DNA of 63,861 bases, the filler included, from Hyphochytrium catenoides (Eukaryota > Protista > Hyphochytriomycota), in the NCBI GenBank assembly GCA_900088475.1. It is 14 parts of 14 records of this genome, joined end to end, with 100 filler letters (N's around TTAATTAATTAA, not from the genome) between each part and the next. Parts side by side here need not be neighbours in the genome. Positions count along the whole stretch, not along the records: positions 1 to 19,030 come from FLMG01000323.1; 13 more parts are not named here. One strand, 5' to 3'. Within the stretch, counting starts at the first letter, position 1. Every line of letters starts with the position of its first letter. This document shows, piece after piece, positions 1-13,279 of this stretch. The notes below the pieces were generated by a model. It saw only the letters and a program-made list of their open reading frames with translations. It was not told the DNA's origin and did not search any database. A program made the translations under genes and the position numbers.

Positions 1-3000
1 CAGAACGTCAACATGATAGCTCACAGTTTACATTGCCCGACTTCATTGTGTGAGGATGCCTTTTCTTACGGAGCACACTGAGGGCTAGGCAGTACAGCAG
101 GATGGATGCCTTGTCTCAAAGACTGCAACACTCTTCCTGAGAACGCGACATACACTTGAGGTTCACAGCTTCCTATACTGTAGGGTAAAAAAAGTGGGCA
201 GTGACAGTGAGAAAGAGTGGACATGTGAGGATGCTCGGCCAAGAGTTTGGTCGTCTGTATTAGGAACTGACAGGCCAACGCGTGAGCCAAGGGTTCCATC
301 GTTCTTGGTACTTGTAGAAAAGGAGGGAAGAAAGGGGTGAAAAAAGATGAGGGTCTTTGGTAGTGGTCCCTACCCACCGTGTCCAAAGCTATAGATAGGC
401 CAGTATTCCAACCAGCCTACCCATCCGTCAGAACGGAAATTTATATCGTAGGATTCAAAAGCTGCTGCTGCTTCACGGTTCTTTTCAGGTCTGTTATGAC
501 CGCAGCTCTTGCAAAATACCTTCCAGTAGAAACGTAACGGGAATTATCATAATTATTCCGCATCAAGAGACTGCCTCCATCATTATCAGACCCAAGCCCA
601 AAAAGACCCACAATCATCACCACCCTCCACCATGAAATCTTTCCTGCGTCTTCAATGGAAATATTACCCTTTGTGTAATAATAGTCTCTACTGCCTGGAA
701 ATCTTTCCTTGGAAAGGAAAAGCTTGAGGATTTATTCAGTGCCTGCCACATACCCCTCTCCACATGTGTGGGAGGATAGAGAAAGGGCACATTGACAAGT
801 GCTTTCTAAGATCTAACTAAGATCATGATTGCGTCTTCGTCTGCTCGATGATGATGATGATGGGGAGGCAGGACCTTTGGTTTAAAATTACTCCGTAGCT
901 GCCAACACAGAGGCGAATGTGAACGTGGCTGAGAGCGACCATCAACTCGTCATCTTAGGCTCTCGATCACCCCTTCCTCAATATGAATGCACGCCCAGAT
1001 GTCGAACATACACCTTCTATTTTCCTCATTAATGCTGTTCTATGTCAGAATGTCAGAAAAAGCGGCGATGAACGATCACACAGCTTCATGGGTCTCTGCT
1101 TGGCTCCAACGCTATCGCAAAACTGATTTGTCCGGTCTCAATAGCAATTGTCGTTCAATAGTAGAACTTCAGTAGAGGTTTGCCTACACGGGAAAACAAG
1201 TTGCATTCAGCATCCAACTTGAACTCTTTGCTTATCCTGATAGCTGATGATAGCTCTCGATGACCCTACTGATTTTGTAGTTCAACCAGAGACAACCATC
1301 ATTTAGCGGCATGTAGACCTTTGACCGCTGATGGGTCAACAAATTCCTCCTCAGTTTTCGCGAGTAGAGGTGTTTCGAAGTGCTGATATGCTTTTCCATT
1401 CTGGGAAGGTTGAACAGAATGTTCATCTTCTGGCCCAGAAAGTTCCAGATTATTACTCTGCAATTATTAGTTAAGAGACAGTTGGCAGAAAACGATGAAC
1501 GCATTGATCAGGATTATTAGCACGCAAGCACCAGGTCCCTCTCTTCTTCTCTGCATTGACTCAGTGCTTTCACTCTCCCGTCGCGCTCGCCATCCATCAA
1601 AGGAGCATTCCAATAATATATTGATGGGTACTGCGAGTGGCTTCATATATGTTTAATTAGACGCTGGGCTCAGGGAGGGGAGAGAGCCACTATCGCAGCG
1701 ATAACAACCGCTATTTTTAGTTATGGCAACAAGGGAAGGTTAGCATAATACATGCGTTATCTTGTTGCTATCTAGAGTGGGCCCTGACTACCTTTGCTTC
1801 AAAACAAGGGTCATCTGGCGCCGATCCGTCCCTCTCAACTTCGTCGCGCCGCATTAGGACAGATGTCAAAGTGTTCATCATGTCAGAAGAAAGAGGCTGG
1901 CTAAAGAACTTCACGACGCGGCGGTCTGTTGCCTTTCGGTAGTTAAGAGTGTTCAGGCACCCGCAAGAAGAGACGGATTCTGGTCACTTGCGTAAATAAG
2001 CGCTGCTAAAGACTTTGTCTTGTTAGGGGAAGCTACATAAACACAGAGACGCCGAGGTGTTGCTTATCCTCACCGGGGGTGATGAAGGACATCAACGCGG
2101 CTTTCTTCCTGAAGAAATCTGAGTTAAGTCATGGTAAGGAATGAGAAAAAGATAGCGCGACAGCAGCCGTGTGGTGAACGCCGTGCCCTTAACGGAATGG
2201 TTCCTATTTATCTCGTACGGCCACTGCGTTTCCGGGTTTGCATCTGTGTCGGCCATTCCTCCACGGTACAACAGCAAACGGTCAACAAAGGGGTCCCTAT
2301 ACCTTAACTACTTGTCTAACGTTCTACAAGCTGTGTATCTATGCCACACAAGGGAGTCCCCTTTCACACAGCAGAGAAATCTCAGCGATGTTCCAGGAGA
2401 ATGACTTCACCCCGGAAGTCAGAGACAGAGACACTCAAGCGACTTGTCCGTGTGCACGCCAGGACCTCAGTCCATCGAATGAAGCAACTTGCCCTTGCTT
2501 TCAAACTGATTTGGAGCTCATCATAGCGACTTCAATGACTTAGGGCAGCAATAAGGCATTCAATCAACTGAGAAGGCGCAGCTTTCACACCACTCATTCC
2601 GGCTCTCCGCTGCTTGCAGCCTTCACTCTGGTCCCACTCTCTTTATAAATTTTATTGTCATGCTATCTCTTAGTGCCTGATCTCCCTCTTCTGGCCTCTA
2701 CCACTGCTGTTGCTCCTCGTAGTAATGCTAACACGAAGAGGGAGCTGGCAGCAACAAACCTCTGGCAAACACTATAGAAAGGGCCGTTTCGCTAACGAGC
2801 CGTTAGCGTCCCGTCGTGAAAGGAAGCAATGAGCAGCCAACAGACAAAGCGCAGCCAAGAGCCATCAATGAGCTCTTCTTGCGCGACTAGCTCAGCGCCG
2901 CCACGCATCTCCGCGCCAGCCCGCTGACTATGGTAGGATTGATAAGCTCATGAGCGAGTGCCAGGCGAAGCGTGAGCTGGGAATACTTATAAGCAAGCTC

Positions 3001-3062
3001 ATATTTGAGGACATCTTGAGGGTTTTGGGGCGAAAGATCGAGGATAGAACGCGGATAGAAAG

Positions 3063-6000
3063 ATGAGCGCGAAGAAGTTCGTCGCTTCAGATGGTAAAGA
3101 GTTCAGTAGTAGGGATGAGTGGAGGAAGTACGAGTTTGCTTTGCGCTACACGGTGAAGAACAAGACCAATGAGAAAGTGGTCAGACACCCAGGAGAAATT
3201 GACGGGTAACCTTTGAGTCGATGACCCATAAGCTCATGGAGTCTGTGACTGACTTAGCATAACATATGTTGATATCTTGGTGCAGACAACCTTTCGACCT
3301 TCAGGATTTGGATGGCTGCGAAGTGTTGCTACTTGACCACTGCGACCAGGTTCAAGTTGATAACGTTAAGAATAGCAGGCTCTTTATAGGTGTGTCCGAT
3401 ACAACTCTTATGAGAGCCGTCGCGTACTCACCTCGAGTTCCTTCGCATCAGGACCTTCTTCTGAGAGTGTCTTCATTAGGGATTGTGCTAACTGCACCGT
3501 CACTGTGGCATGGTACGTCTTCTCCTCTCGCTGGTGCCGTCTCGAGGCTGAATACACTGACGCTTGTCCTTCACTGCCATCCACGTTCGCTACTCTAGCA
3601 AGCAGTTGAGGACTCGGGATTGCCATAATCTGACTTTATACCTCTATTGCATGACGGATCCTATCATCGAGACATCCGATGGGATTCAGGTGGCTCCTTT
3701 CAACGGTAGCTTTCCCAAGCTTGACATGGTAACACGCCCTATCCTATCCAAACGCATTGTCAGCCCTTCTAAAAGTTTCTCTTGCTCCACTACAGTGCTT
3801 TACCGCAGCTCGGCTGGATCCCAGAAACAATCATTGGCAGAACGTCTATGACTTCAATGATGAACAAAAGACGGGAAAGAACTGGAAAATCATACGTAAG
3901 GAATCCGTCTAGCAAGATAGATCCTTACAATCTCTTAGCCATTGTCCTTTATAGCTAAACCAGAGCGGGAACAGACTTGGGTCGTCCCTTTCGCGGAGGG
4001 AGCCGCAGGCAAAGATGAATGCATTAATCCTGTCCCAGAAGATGCCGTCTCAACTACCACTGAGGAACAACTACAGGGCTTGACAACTTATGCAATCAAA
4101 CGGTCCCATAAAGAAGGTATCTGGGGTTTCAATGTATTGACCACGCTTCTCCAATCATAATGCTCAATTCCGTTCCGCAGAGCTTCTGGAGTCCAAACAG
4201 GAACATCCACTACCTCCCTCCAAGGCTCCTGCTTCAATGCCGCCCACAATTCCCATCCCGAAGCAAGCAGTACTGTCACAGGCCAAGCCAACGCCATCAA
4301 CAGACGTGGAGCAGGCTCTTCGGAGCTTCAAATGGCGAATAAAGTGGGCACCGAACCTAAGGCTTCTCTACGTCTTTTATCAGCTGGACCATGAGGCCAT
4401 TGAAGAAAGCCTTTATGCCAAGCTTGCTTCCTTTATGATGACAACCTGCAAGGTACTCCACCGAGCCAGTCAAGCTCTTGCGTCCAAGAAAATAAAAATT
4501 TGGTAAGCCTGAAACTGCATGTGTTCATCGTGTCAGGTCTAAGGGCCATCGCCTTTGTTGCTGTCAATAGGTGGGACCCTGTGGTCGAGAAAGACAGGAC
4601 AAGATTAAGTATGCGGCTCCAGTCTACTGACGAACAGTTAGCAGGACTTATCTTAGTCCCAGATGAATTTGTTGCATGTCGACAGATATCCTTATCCACG
4701 ATGCTTTGTCATTCTCTCTGCTTTCCTCGCTACAAATTATGCTTATCCTAATGTGTCTTAACTCCCACACGGCATGGAGGCAGTGGCCCATCCAATTGTA
4801 CCTGCAGGCAATAGCGAATTCGTTGAGATCTCATCCTTTGAGGCACCGCCAATGTCAGTTGCAGTTGCTAACCTTCCCCTCTGAGCTTTAATCGATTGTC
4901 TTTTTAAAATGGCTAACTCTGCTCCTATTGCCTTCCCTCCTTCGAAACTTTTCACCTAAGCTCTCTCTTTCCTTCCGCCCGACTTCAGTTTTGCAAGATA
5001 TTGTCTTCCTTCCTTACTCTTACGATGACCAATTATCGGCATTTCCCTAGGCTGATTGACACTGAGGGGCGCATCTTACCGGAGGTTGAGGACATGGAGC
5101 CCGCCCTTGCATCATATATCAGCCAGCTAGCACTTATGCTTGACGCTTTCGCCCTTCAGCACGGAATAGTAGAAGACTCCTCAAACTCGGAGATCGACGA
5201 GGCAGGGCCCGTTTCAGTTCCAAGTTCCACTCAAGCCTCTCAACAATCTGAGGCTGCTCATGCTCTTGACAGTAGTTCACGCGAGAGGCTCGCCCATGGC
5301 ATGCAACCTCAGAAAGAGCTTAGCTTCCAAGGTACGTGACGAAGTCTCTCTGTCCTACCTAAACACGAACGTCAAGAGGTTTCTTCCGTTCAACTTTCGC
5401 AGCAGGCAGAGGACAGGATGACGACAAGAAGAAAGCAGCAAACCAGATACCTAAAGCAAATGCGTCTTCGACGGCCAAGCAGTTCGTCGCTTCTGATGGC
5501 AAAGCGTTTGACAGCCGGGACGCATGGCGTAAGTACGAGTTTGAGCTAAAGTACACATTCAGGAACAAAACAGACCAGAAACTAGTCCGTTATCCAGGGG
5601 ATGTCGATGGGTAAGGGCATTCAGTTGTACCTCTCACTCACTCCCCCTTTCCAGTCTAGCACGGTATCTTCCTTTCCTCTTACCGCTCTTCACATGTTTA
5701 TGTGTACTCGACCTCATTTTGCAGCTGCTTTACTGCTTCTGAACTCCGATTGACATCACCTCAGCATGGACACAATAACTCATCTCGACTCTCTTGGCGG
5801 AAATCATGACATGCCTTTCTTATAGGCAACCTTTCGACATAGCCGATATCAAGAACTGTGAAGTGCTGCTGCTGGACCATACAGACCAAGTACAGGTGGA
5901 CAATGTGGAAAATAGTACTCTCTTCATTGGGCCATCCTCTGAGTCCGTCTTCTTGCGGAGCTGCTCGGACTGCGTACTTACTATTGCGTGGTAAGAAGCT

Positions 6001-6707
6001 GAAGGAGAGGTAGATCTGGAATCATGTGGTTAAAAAGCGTGCCCGTTCTTTCTAGCAAGCAACTGCGAACACGTGACTGTAAGAACCTAGAGATCTACCT
6101 CTACTCCCAGACAGACCCGATTATCGAGACTTCTAGCAATATGCGCTTTGCTCCCTTCAATGGAGCGTACAATGGATTACGTGAGGTACACTCTAAGCTG
6201 GAAACCTGAACGCTTGCTCCCAATGTAACTCTTTTACATGTGCGACCTTCCCCAGACATTTCGACTGGCACAGCTGGACCCTAACAACAACCATTGGCAA
6301 GCAGTTTACGACTTTAACGACGAGATGAAGACAGGGATCAACTGGCGTCTCCTGGCGGTAGAAGAACGACGTCCTCAATGGACTGTGGACGTACCTAACG
6401 CTGTTGAAGAGTGCATGAACCCTGTACCCGCTGAAGCTGTTTCAACCACCACCCTAGAGCAACAAGAAGGCAAAGCAGGGAAAGGGTGAGGTTTATTTTT
6501 TCTTTCATTAGACTATGCATCCCTTACTGTCTCTTTACACTACTCCAAGGGCACTTTCCCCACCACCCTTACCATCACCGGCACCCTTATCTCTGCGACG
6601 CTGACTCCTTCGTCCCTCATGATAGCTCCAGAATGCAATCCTTTTCACTATCAACCTCCCAGAAGGAAGCTGAAGTTCTTTTGTCAGAGCCCACGTCAAG
6701 CTCGTAA
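3063..6707 (+). CDS. Multi-exon protein with two tandem TBCC/RP2 (XRP2-like, C-CAP fold) domains; putative Arl3/tubulin GAP
   Basis: ATG 3063 MSAKKFVASDGKEF..PGEIDG|QPFDLQDLDGCEVLLLDHCDQVQVD..IG|PSSESVFIRDC..AC|KQLRTRDC..DPIIETS..PFN..NHWQNVYDFN. A second copy starts ~5475 (AKQFVASDGKAF..GDVDG|QPFDIADIKNCEVLLLDHTDQVQVD..KQLRTRDC..PIIET..NHWQAVYDFN). GT-AG introns join the domain exons in frame (e.g. 3206-3285, 3390-3451). Linker exons 4180-5470 and the stop at 6707 are less certain. Confidence 0.85.
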
Positions 6708-6993
6708 CAGTTGCCCACTAACGAGAGTCCATTTGACTTGGACCCACGGATGTTTGCCAAGTCTATATCGTACACTTCCTTTACCGTTCCCTTACTCTTT
6801 TACGTCCCTTGAGGAAAGAGATATGGCGAGATGAAAAGTAAGCGGCGTGGTGTAGGACCTCATGGAATGGGATAGCCCTATTGCAGCAGAGTCACACCTA
6901 TTTCCTATGATTAGGACAAAGTAGGACAACGGGCATCAGAGATAGTAATATTAAGTGAGCTGAGTCATCCTGCCTCCTCTTGCTCATTGTTAT

Positions 6994-9900
6994 TCAGTGG
7001 CGATCTTCGATAGGAACCAATGCTTCCTGTCTGGGAAAGCGCACCCTGCTGGTTAAAGGCTGGTATGCCCGTTTGAGCTTCTGAGTAAATTGATGAACTC
7101 CGTCTTCCTTGCCTGCCATGCGGAAGAGCTGCCGTATCAGGAGATTAACCTTCAAAGTTGGCTCAATTTTTTCCTCCTTCATCGAGAATATAATAGGATG
7201 TACCCCTTCTGGCCTGCCAGCCTGAATGTAGGCGCGAGCCAGAATCTCGTAAGTCGTCGCATCTGGTGATAATTTAGCCCTGCGTGCCAAGCGAATGTAC
7301 TCGTTTACTTGTTCTACATCTCCAGCCTCGCTGTGTGCCTTCATGGCATAGTTGAAGGTCTGAATGGATACATGATGCGCCTTCAAGGCAGCGAACAACA
7401 TTTTCTCAGCTTCTTTCACTGCCCCCGCCATGCCGAGGCCAAACAGGAGAACCCCAAGGAGGTCGGGTGATTCCAAGGCACCTGCATCAGAGAACTTTCT
7501 AAGCATTGCTCCAAAATTGATCTCCTCTCTTTGCTCACGGTCATGACAGTAGTGCTCAATTAAACTCCGGAAGGGCTTCAGCGTTCCTTTCTCGCACGCC
7601 GACTCCACCACTTCAAGCGCTTGCTGATGCTTACCAGCCTTCGCTAGGCTCAAAGCAACACTGGTCCAAGTGGAGGGGGTAAGATGAATGCCCATGCTCT
7701 CAAACTTCTTCATCTGCTCGCTAACTTTAGCAAGGTCGGAAGTATTGCACAAGCCGATAAGTTGGGCCCTATATACTTGATCTGGGACCGTTCCTCCGTC
7801 CGCTGCTATCCTCTCGATGAGCTCAGCTATAAGGTCGGACCTCCCAAACTTAGCATAGCCAGCTGACAAGGCCACAGATAGAGTTTGATCTTCGACAAGC
7901 TTATAGCCTTTGCCCTGCATTTGAGATAGCACTCGCGAGCAATCTGGGAAACGTCCTGCTTGAGCATATGTGGAAAGAAGTGGGCGATAGATCCACCGGC
8001 TCAATTGCAATCTGTGCCAGCTTCCTCTCGTTCTTGATTCCAGCAAATGACAGCCCTCCAGAAACAATGCTTCAACTGCTCCGATAGCCTGAACATCCGC
8101 ATAACCCTGCATAAGCCGGCCGTACATTTTGGCAGTGCGGGATGTGGCACCCACATCCTGTAGTATGGATTCTGCTCTCACAAAGTCCTCGTTCAGTGCG
8201 TAGTATTGGATCACCTCTTCCAAGGTGGAGGCGGTCATTGGAATGCCCTTACTTCCCATTATGGCAAGCTGTCTAGAAACATCGGCCGCATTTCCGCTTG
8301 CTAGAAAGGACATTAACCCACTATTCTCTGTATCATGTTGGAATGGTGTATTTGGTTCAGACGTAGTCTCTTGAAGAACTGCAGATCCGACAGCCGAATT
8401 GGCAGCTTCTTGTACAGCTGCGCCAATAGCTGATTTCTCTAATCCGAACCGCTGGCAGAGGAGATGAAGTAGGTGTGTCTTCAGCTCTTTGCTCTGGATA
8501 GTCCGTAAGACTTGGTCAACCCTCAAGTAGTCTCCCTTCGAAACTCCATCTACGACCGCTTCGAGCAGTCTGTCGGAATGCATAAGTTCACTGCCCCATC
8601 CATCTTTCCCACTTCTGAAATCTTGGGACACTATTCTTAGTTTGTCGTTAGCTTCGAGCATCTGCCGGACTTCTGGGACCATGATGGCCCTTAGCTGATT
8701 GGTATCAAGCCCTTCGCAGGCAGCTGTCATTACGGCAGAAGAGATGGGTACTCCAGCGAGGACAAAGAGCTTCAGTGCTTCAGCAGCAGCTTGGGATGCT
8801 GTCGACCTGGCCAGATGCCGGGCGAAGGAAGGATTCAGGAGGAGTACCTCGTCCTTTTTTATGAAGTCTTGGACAAGGAAGAGTGCCTCCTTCATATTTC
8901 CATTTTTCACAAAGGACAAGAGCATCCTTTGAGCCTGCGGCACGCCGATACTTAGCTTTAGAGCGCGCATTTTCTGCCAGTAATATCGGAATGACCGCGG
9001 TTGCCGTTGCCGTGCTACTGCCTGCAGAATGAGCTCAAAGGTTTCCTGGTCTGGAGCGCAACCCGTACCCTGCATCATGTCGAAGATCTCCCCAGCTTGC
9101 CTGAAGTTCCTAGCCTCTAAAGCTTTTGAAATAACTCGATTGTAAAGACTTGGTTTGGGCTCCATAGATTGCTCCACCATATGGTTGATCAAGCGAAGTG
9201 CTTCATCAATCTTATGCTCTCGAAGGTGACCCTCTACAAGAAGTTCGTAAGATCGCGCCGTAGGTGCAATGCCTGATTCCATCATCTCAGAGAAAAGCAG
9301 CTTGGCGTGGTTGGGTCTACTAAACTCAAAAGCCGCACTACAGAGGTCTTCATACATATCTCGACCGGGATAAATATCATGGTCCTCCTGCATCGTCCTT
9401 AGAAAGTGGTTGGCTATTGCCAAACTTCTGCTGGATTTGCCAGCATGACGAAAAAATACTGCATAACAGTCGCGGTCTATCCCTGCAGGGTAAGATGCAA
9501 ACTCTTTCAGAAGTTTGGCAGCAACGGCAGCATCCATTTTCTCGTTCCCGTGAAGGTGGTGCTCCAAGATCAATTTGAAGACCTTTCGATTGACTAACCA
9601 TTTTCTCTCTCGGAAGTATGGCAAAAGGGTCTTCGTTACTTGTCTCTCATCTTTCCTGAGACGCGACTGAAGCAAACCACTTAGCAGCTTCTCAATGACA
9701 TGACTGTCCTCCAGCCAGGCCAGACTTGTGGAGTCCATCTGCGTAAGCACGTCTATTCCAGCTTGATATTCATGTCTCTTGATCGCCGCCTCGAAGAAGT
9801 TTTTGAACACTGCAGCTAGATCATACTGGCTACCGTTTACAGCCAGCATCATCTTTTGAAGCTTTTTGATCTCCTCATAGGTGATAGGAGCCGTTTCTGC

Positions 9901-11471
9901 AAGTATTGCAGTGATAATGTCGACGGAGTCGGGAGTCAACCTATTCTTCGTTAGCAGGTCTTTTGCAAGGGCCTGCAGAACTTTTCGGTGCCGTGTCCCC
10001 CGCAACTTCTTTATCAAAGGCTGGTATGAGGCTCCATCCGCATTAAGGCCCAATAGCTCCATCTTCTCCAGGGTCACCCAAAGTGTCCCAAGATCAGTCT
10101 CCGAGTCCATTGCAGTCACTATGTGCTGGTGCATAGCCTTGTCTGCTCAGAGGAACGATGAGCAGTGAAGAGTTCAACTATTGCGTAAAGAAACAAAAAT
10201 ACGTACCGATATGATGGCCTCTGGCCTGCAACTTTTCGACGAGACTGAGGCAAAGATTAAGGTTCCCTGTGTTCGTCGCTTCCCAAAACTGATCCAACAT
10301 CATCTCCACTTCCTTTCTTTTGGTGTAGGGCTTAGCGACAAAGCCTAGCTTTTCTACTGTCGCAATGGTGTCAGCAACTTCTTTTTCTGCGGTGGTGTCG
10401 GCATAAGGGCCAAGCGCCTCTTTCATCGATCTCTTGAGTGAAAGGGTGGATGGCTGCAGTCCTACTTCCTTCATATAGCTAAAGACTTTAGACAGATCAT
10501 TGAGTCGTCCTCCTTTGACCAGATGAGTTATCCAAGGCGAGAAGTGGTCGAGTCCTGGCTGGATCCGAAGGCCTACCATCATTCTGAGAGTAGTTTCGAC
10601 TCCTTCTTTTAAGCCCGCGCTGAGTTGAGCTCTCATGAGTTTAACACAAATACCATCTATTCCTTCGCGAAAGCCTGCCTTTGCCATAAGGTGGATGGTA
10701 TAAAGCGCCTCTTCGTAGTTGCCCAATGCTGTCCAAGCTTCTCCAATTAGTTGGAAGGATTTAGCGTCGGGAAGCACTCCTGCACTCGAGAAGAAGATCA
10801 GCATTCAGTGAAGTGCCTGGGCAACATCTTGTCTTACCTGAATAGCGAACCTCTTTCACTAGTTTTTCAGCTAATGTTGGGCCTACTTCACCAAGATTAG
10901 GTGAGCAGAGCAATCGTAGAATTTCATTTAGCTGGGCAGACGATATCCTTGCCGAGGTTTGCATGAAAGCTTCCTGCAGAAACAAACCCGCCTCTGTCGT
11001 CAGACCTTCATTCAGTAAGCTAGACGCGACATTGACGATGTCGTCGGCAGACGGAACCTCTCCTCTTGCCAGCTTTGTGTCATACTGCATTTTGAACCTC
11101 GAACTACCGCCTAACTTGGGCACGATAAGTTTGCGTGGCTTTTTCAGTGCGACAGAGAGGACCCTATCCATCTCGCTCTGTAAGGTCTTCAACTGGGGAG
11201 TCTTTTTATCGAGGATGTCAAGCATTAAGTTATCTAGCTGAGGTGCCACCGTCGAGTACTGAGCTGACCGGGTCTGATAAAAGTGAGGTTGTTTCAGCGC
11301 TTCACCTGATTGGCATAAGGGAACAAGCAACGTAGGCGCAGAGCGCTGCTCCCTTAATTGGTAGAGTCTGAAGTAATGAGGTCTCTGGATAACTTCCAGA
11401 CTTCCTCGGTGATGAGCACAACCATGGTGCCTGAGCACCGTAGAACCTACTCGTAGTCTTCCCTTGAACAT
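6994..11471 (-). CDS. Large pentatricopeptide-repeat (PPR) protein, ~1451 aa, probably mitochondrial
   Basis: Exons 11471-10838, 10779-10207 and 10142-6994 (4356 nt) joined by GT-AG introns. Repeated ~35-aa motifs (M.ESGIAPTARSYELLV, MEPKPSLYNRVI, GCAPDQETFELIL, LSPDATTYEILA). Arg-rich, acid-poor N-terminus. Confidence 0.9.
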
Positions 11472-13279
11472 CGTCGTCACCTAATTCGTGAAAGTCTCCT
11501 TCTCTGACAAGACCCTAAAGATCTTACTCAAGCAATCGCACCCCATTCATTGCACCGGAGGTGTTACTGGGCATGTCTGCATCTAATCAGGACGAGAGTG
11601 CACGAACCCCACGAGTGCAAGGCTTGACAGAAACCCCTTTGGGCTCTCTCACCATCAGCAAGGGTGACACTATCGATGAAGACTGACGCGTGGATACCGC
11701 TACGTATGAAAAGCTCAGACACCGATGACGGGATGAGAGTCAATGCCGATGAGCCAAACCAATGCACACGAAGACGGTGTTCTTGACGATGAAGATCTGG
11801 TCTAGCAGCACGCCCCAATCTTCATTCATCATGAGAGGCGGATGGTGGCGCGAATCGGCCTCTCCTTATCACACCCTGTCCTGTGATGTACACTCATACA
11901 GACAGGGACATCCCAGTCGTGGAGGTCGCTAACGTGCACTCTCTAGTAGTATGATTGTCTCACTGTCTTATAATCAGCATTCGACTTGTCAGCTCTTGTT
12001 CCATCTTTTGCCTACTTGGGACAGAGTTGATGGATGATCCAGGTGCTTGGCAGCTTGGCCCTTCAATCTGTTCTAGAAGGGCACGCGGTTGATGCGCATC
12101 AGGCCTCCTCTCCCAGTCTTAATTGCCAGGTGAGTGCCTGCTTGATGCTCTAGCCGGAGCCAGAGCCCTCCACTTAGTATACGTCCTAACGGGATCTGAG
12201 AATCTGAGGAGTTGGCAAGGACGCATGGCTGTGGAGAGCTCTATTCAGGACTCGCCCGGTTGTTAAGTTAAGACCTATACCCTGCCCCAAACTCTTCTTC
12301 CGGACTGATTACCTCTAACAGCATTGCTTCTTCCGTCGCTGGAAATTGCTCATGTCAGGTCCGGATCTGCTGTGCCGGTCCCACAGCATCGCAAACGAAG
12401 TGCTGGAAGATCCTTTGCTTGTTTTACTCTTTGCTCAACATATATGCGATGACTCTATGTTAGGGCTTGATCGTTCCCCAGATCAAGACCTAGACAATTG
12501 CCGAGTTACCCGTCGAGGATAAGGCGCGACGAGAGGAGATATTCTATTGAAAAGGCCATGTCTGGGTCAGACAAGCTTAATACTACTTCAGTACGGCTCT
12601 ATCAACCCCTCCGCCCCGGCTATCGAGAGAACTGAGTCCCTCATCGCACCGCTGGGAGGATGCATTCTAGAAACCATTGCTCTCTTCATCCTTTTGGTCA
12701 CATCCACTCTAGAGTTGATGATAGAGGTAGACCTCTGTCCGATGAGGCTTAGCAACACCAGGACGAGCTCGTTTAGCAGGTCTCTGCTTGCTCAGGCAAC
12801 GAGTCTACTTCTCATCTCCTCGTCTACCTGAAGAATGAACGAGTCCTGAGGTTACCGAAGATTATCGAGGTTCATTCTCGAACCCACAGAGGGAAATCTT
12901 GTCCTGCCCTTGACGGCCTTTTGCAAGTTGCAGGCCATCCACTGACCGTTACCTCTGAGAGTGGTCATCTGACAGCAGATGGATTGCTGCTGCTCAATTG
13001 GCGAATGCTCTCCAACGTCCATTAGTGCGTGCAGGTTATCTCCATTTTCCTCCAATCAAGACATTCAGTACTTATGACGATCGGTTAAATCTTAGCGTAC
13101 AGTTGGGGATCCATCATATGAGCTTCCATTACTAGAGCACTGTGACGCATATTTCTCTCTGTGACGGATGTTTGTCTCCCAGGGAGATGATCTCATAAGC
13201 ACATGCTAAGGAGTGAATATTATTATCATACACCAGCTTGTAGCACCAGGAAGCCCGACACTGATAATAAATAACATTC

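Noticed and set aside
300-710. Minus-strand exon-like segments (ERFPGSRDYYYTKG.., FRSDGWVGCWNTG..)
   Set aside because: Possibly coding, but no consistent gene model or family could be supported.
2790-2808. 8-bp perfect hairpin CGCTAACG-agc-CGTTAGCG as a terminator
   Set aside because: Eukaryotic context, no U-tract, and a stem this short is expected by chance.
5611-5825. Long RP2 intron as a snoRNA host
   Set aside because: No box C/D pair or clear H/ACA architecture.
11564-13060. Exon-like minus-strand fragments with in-frame TGA, suggesting stop-codon reassignment
   Set aside because: The neighbouring PPR gene ends in TGA and long exons contain no internal stops. More likely decayed or non-coding sequence; no family recognised.
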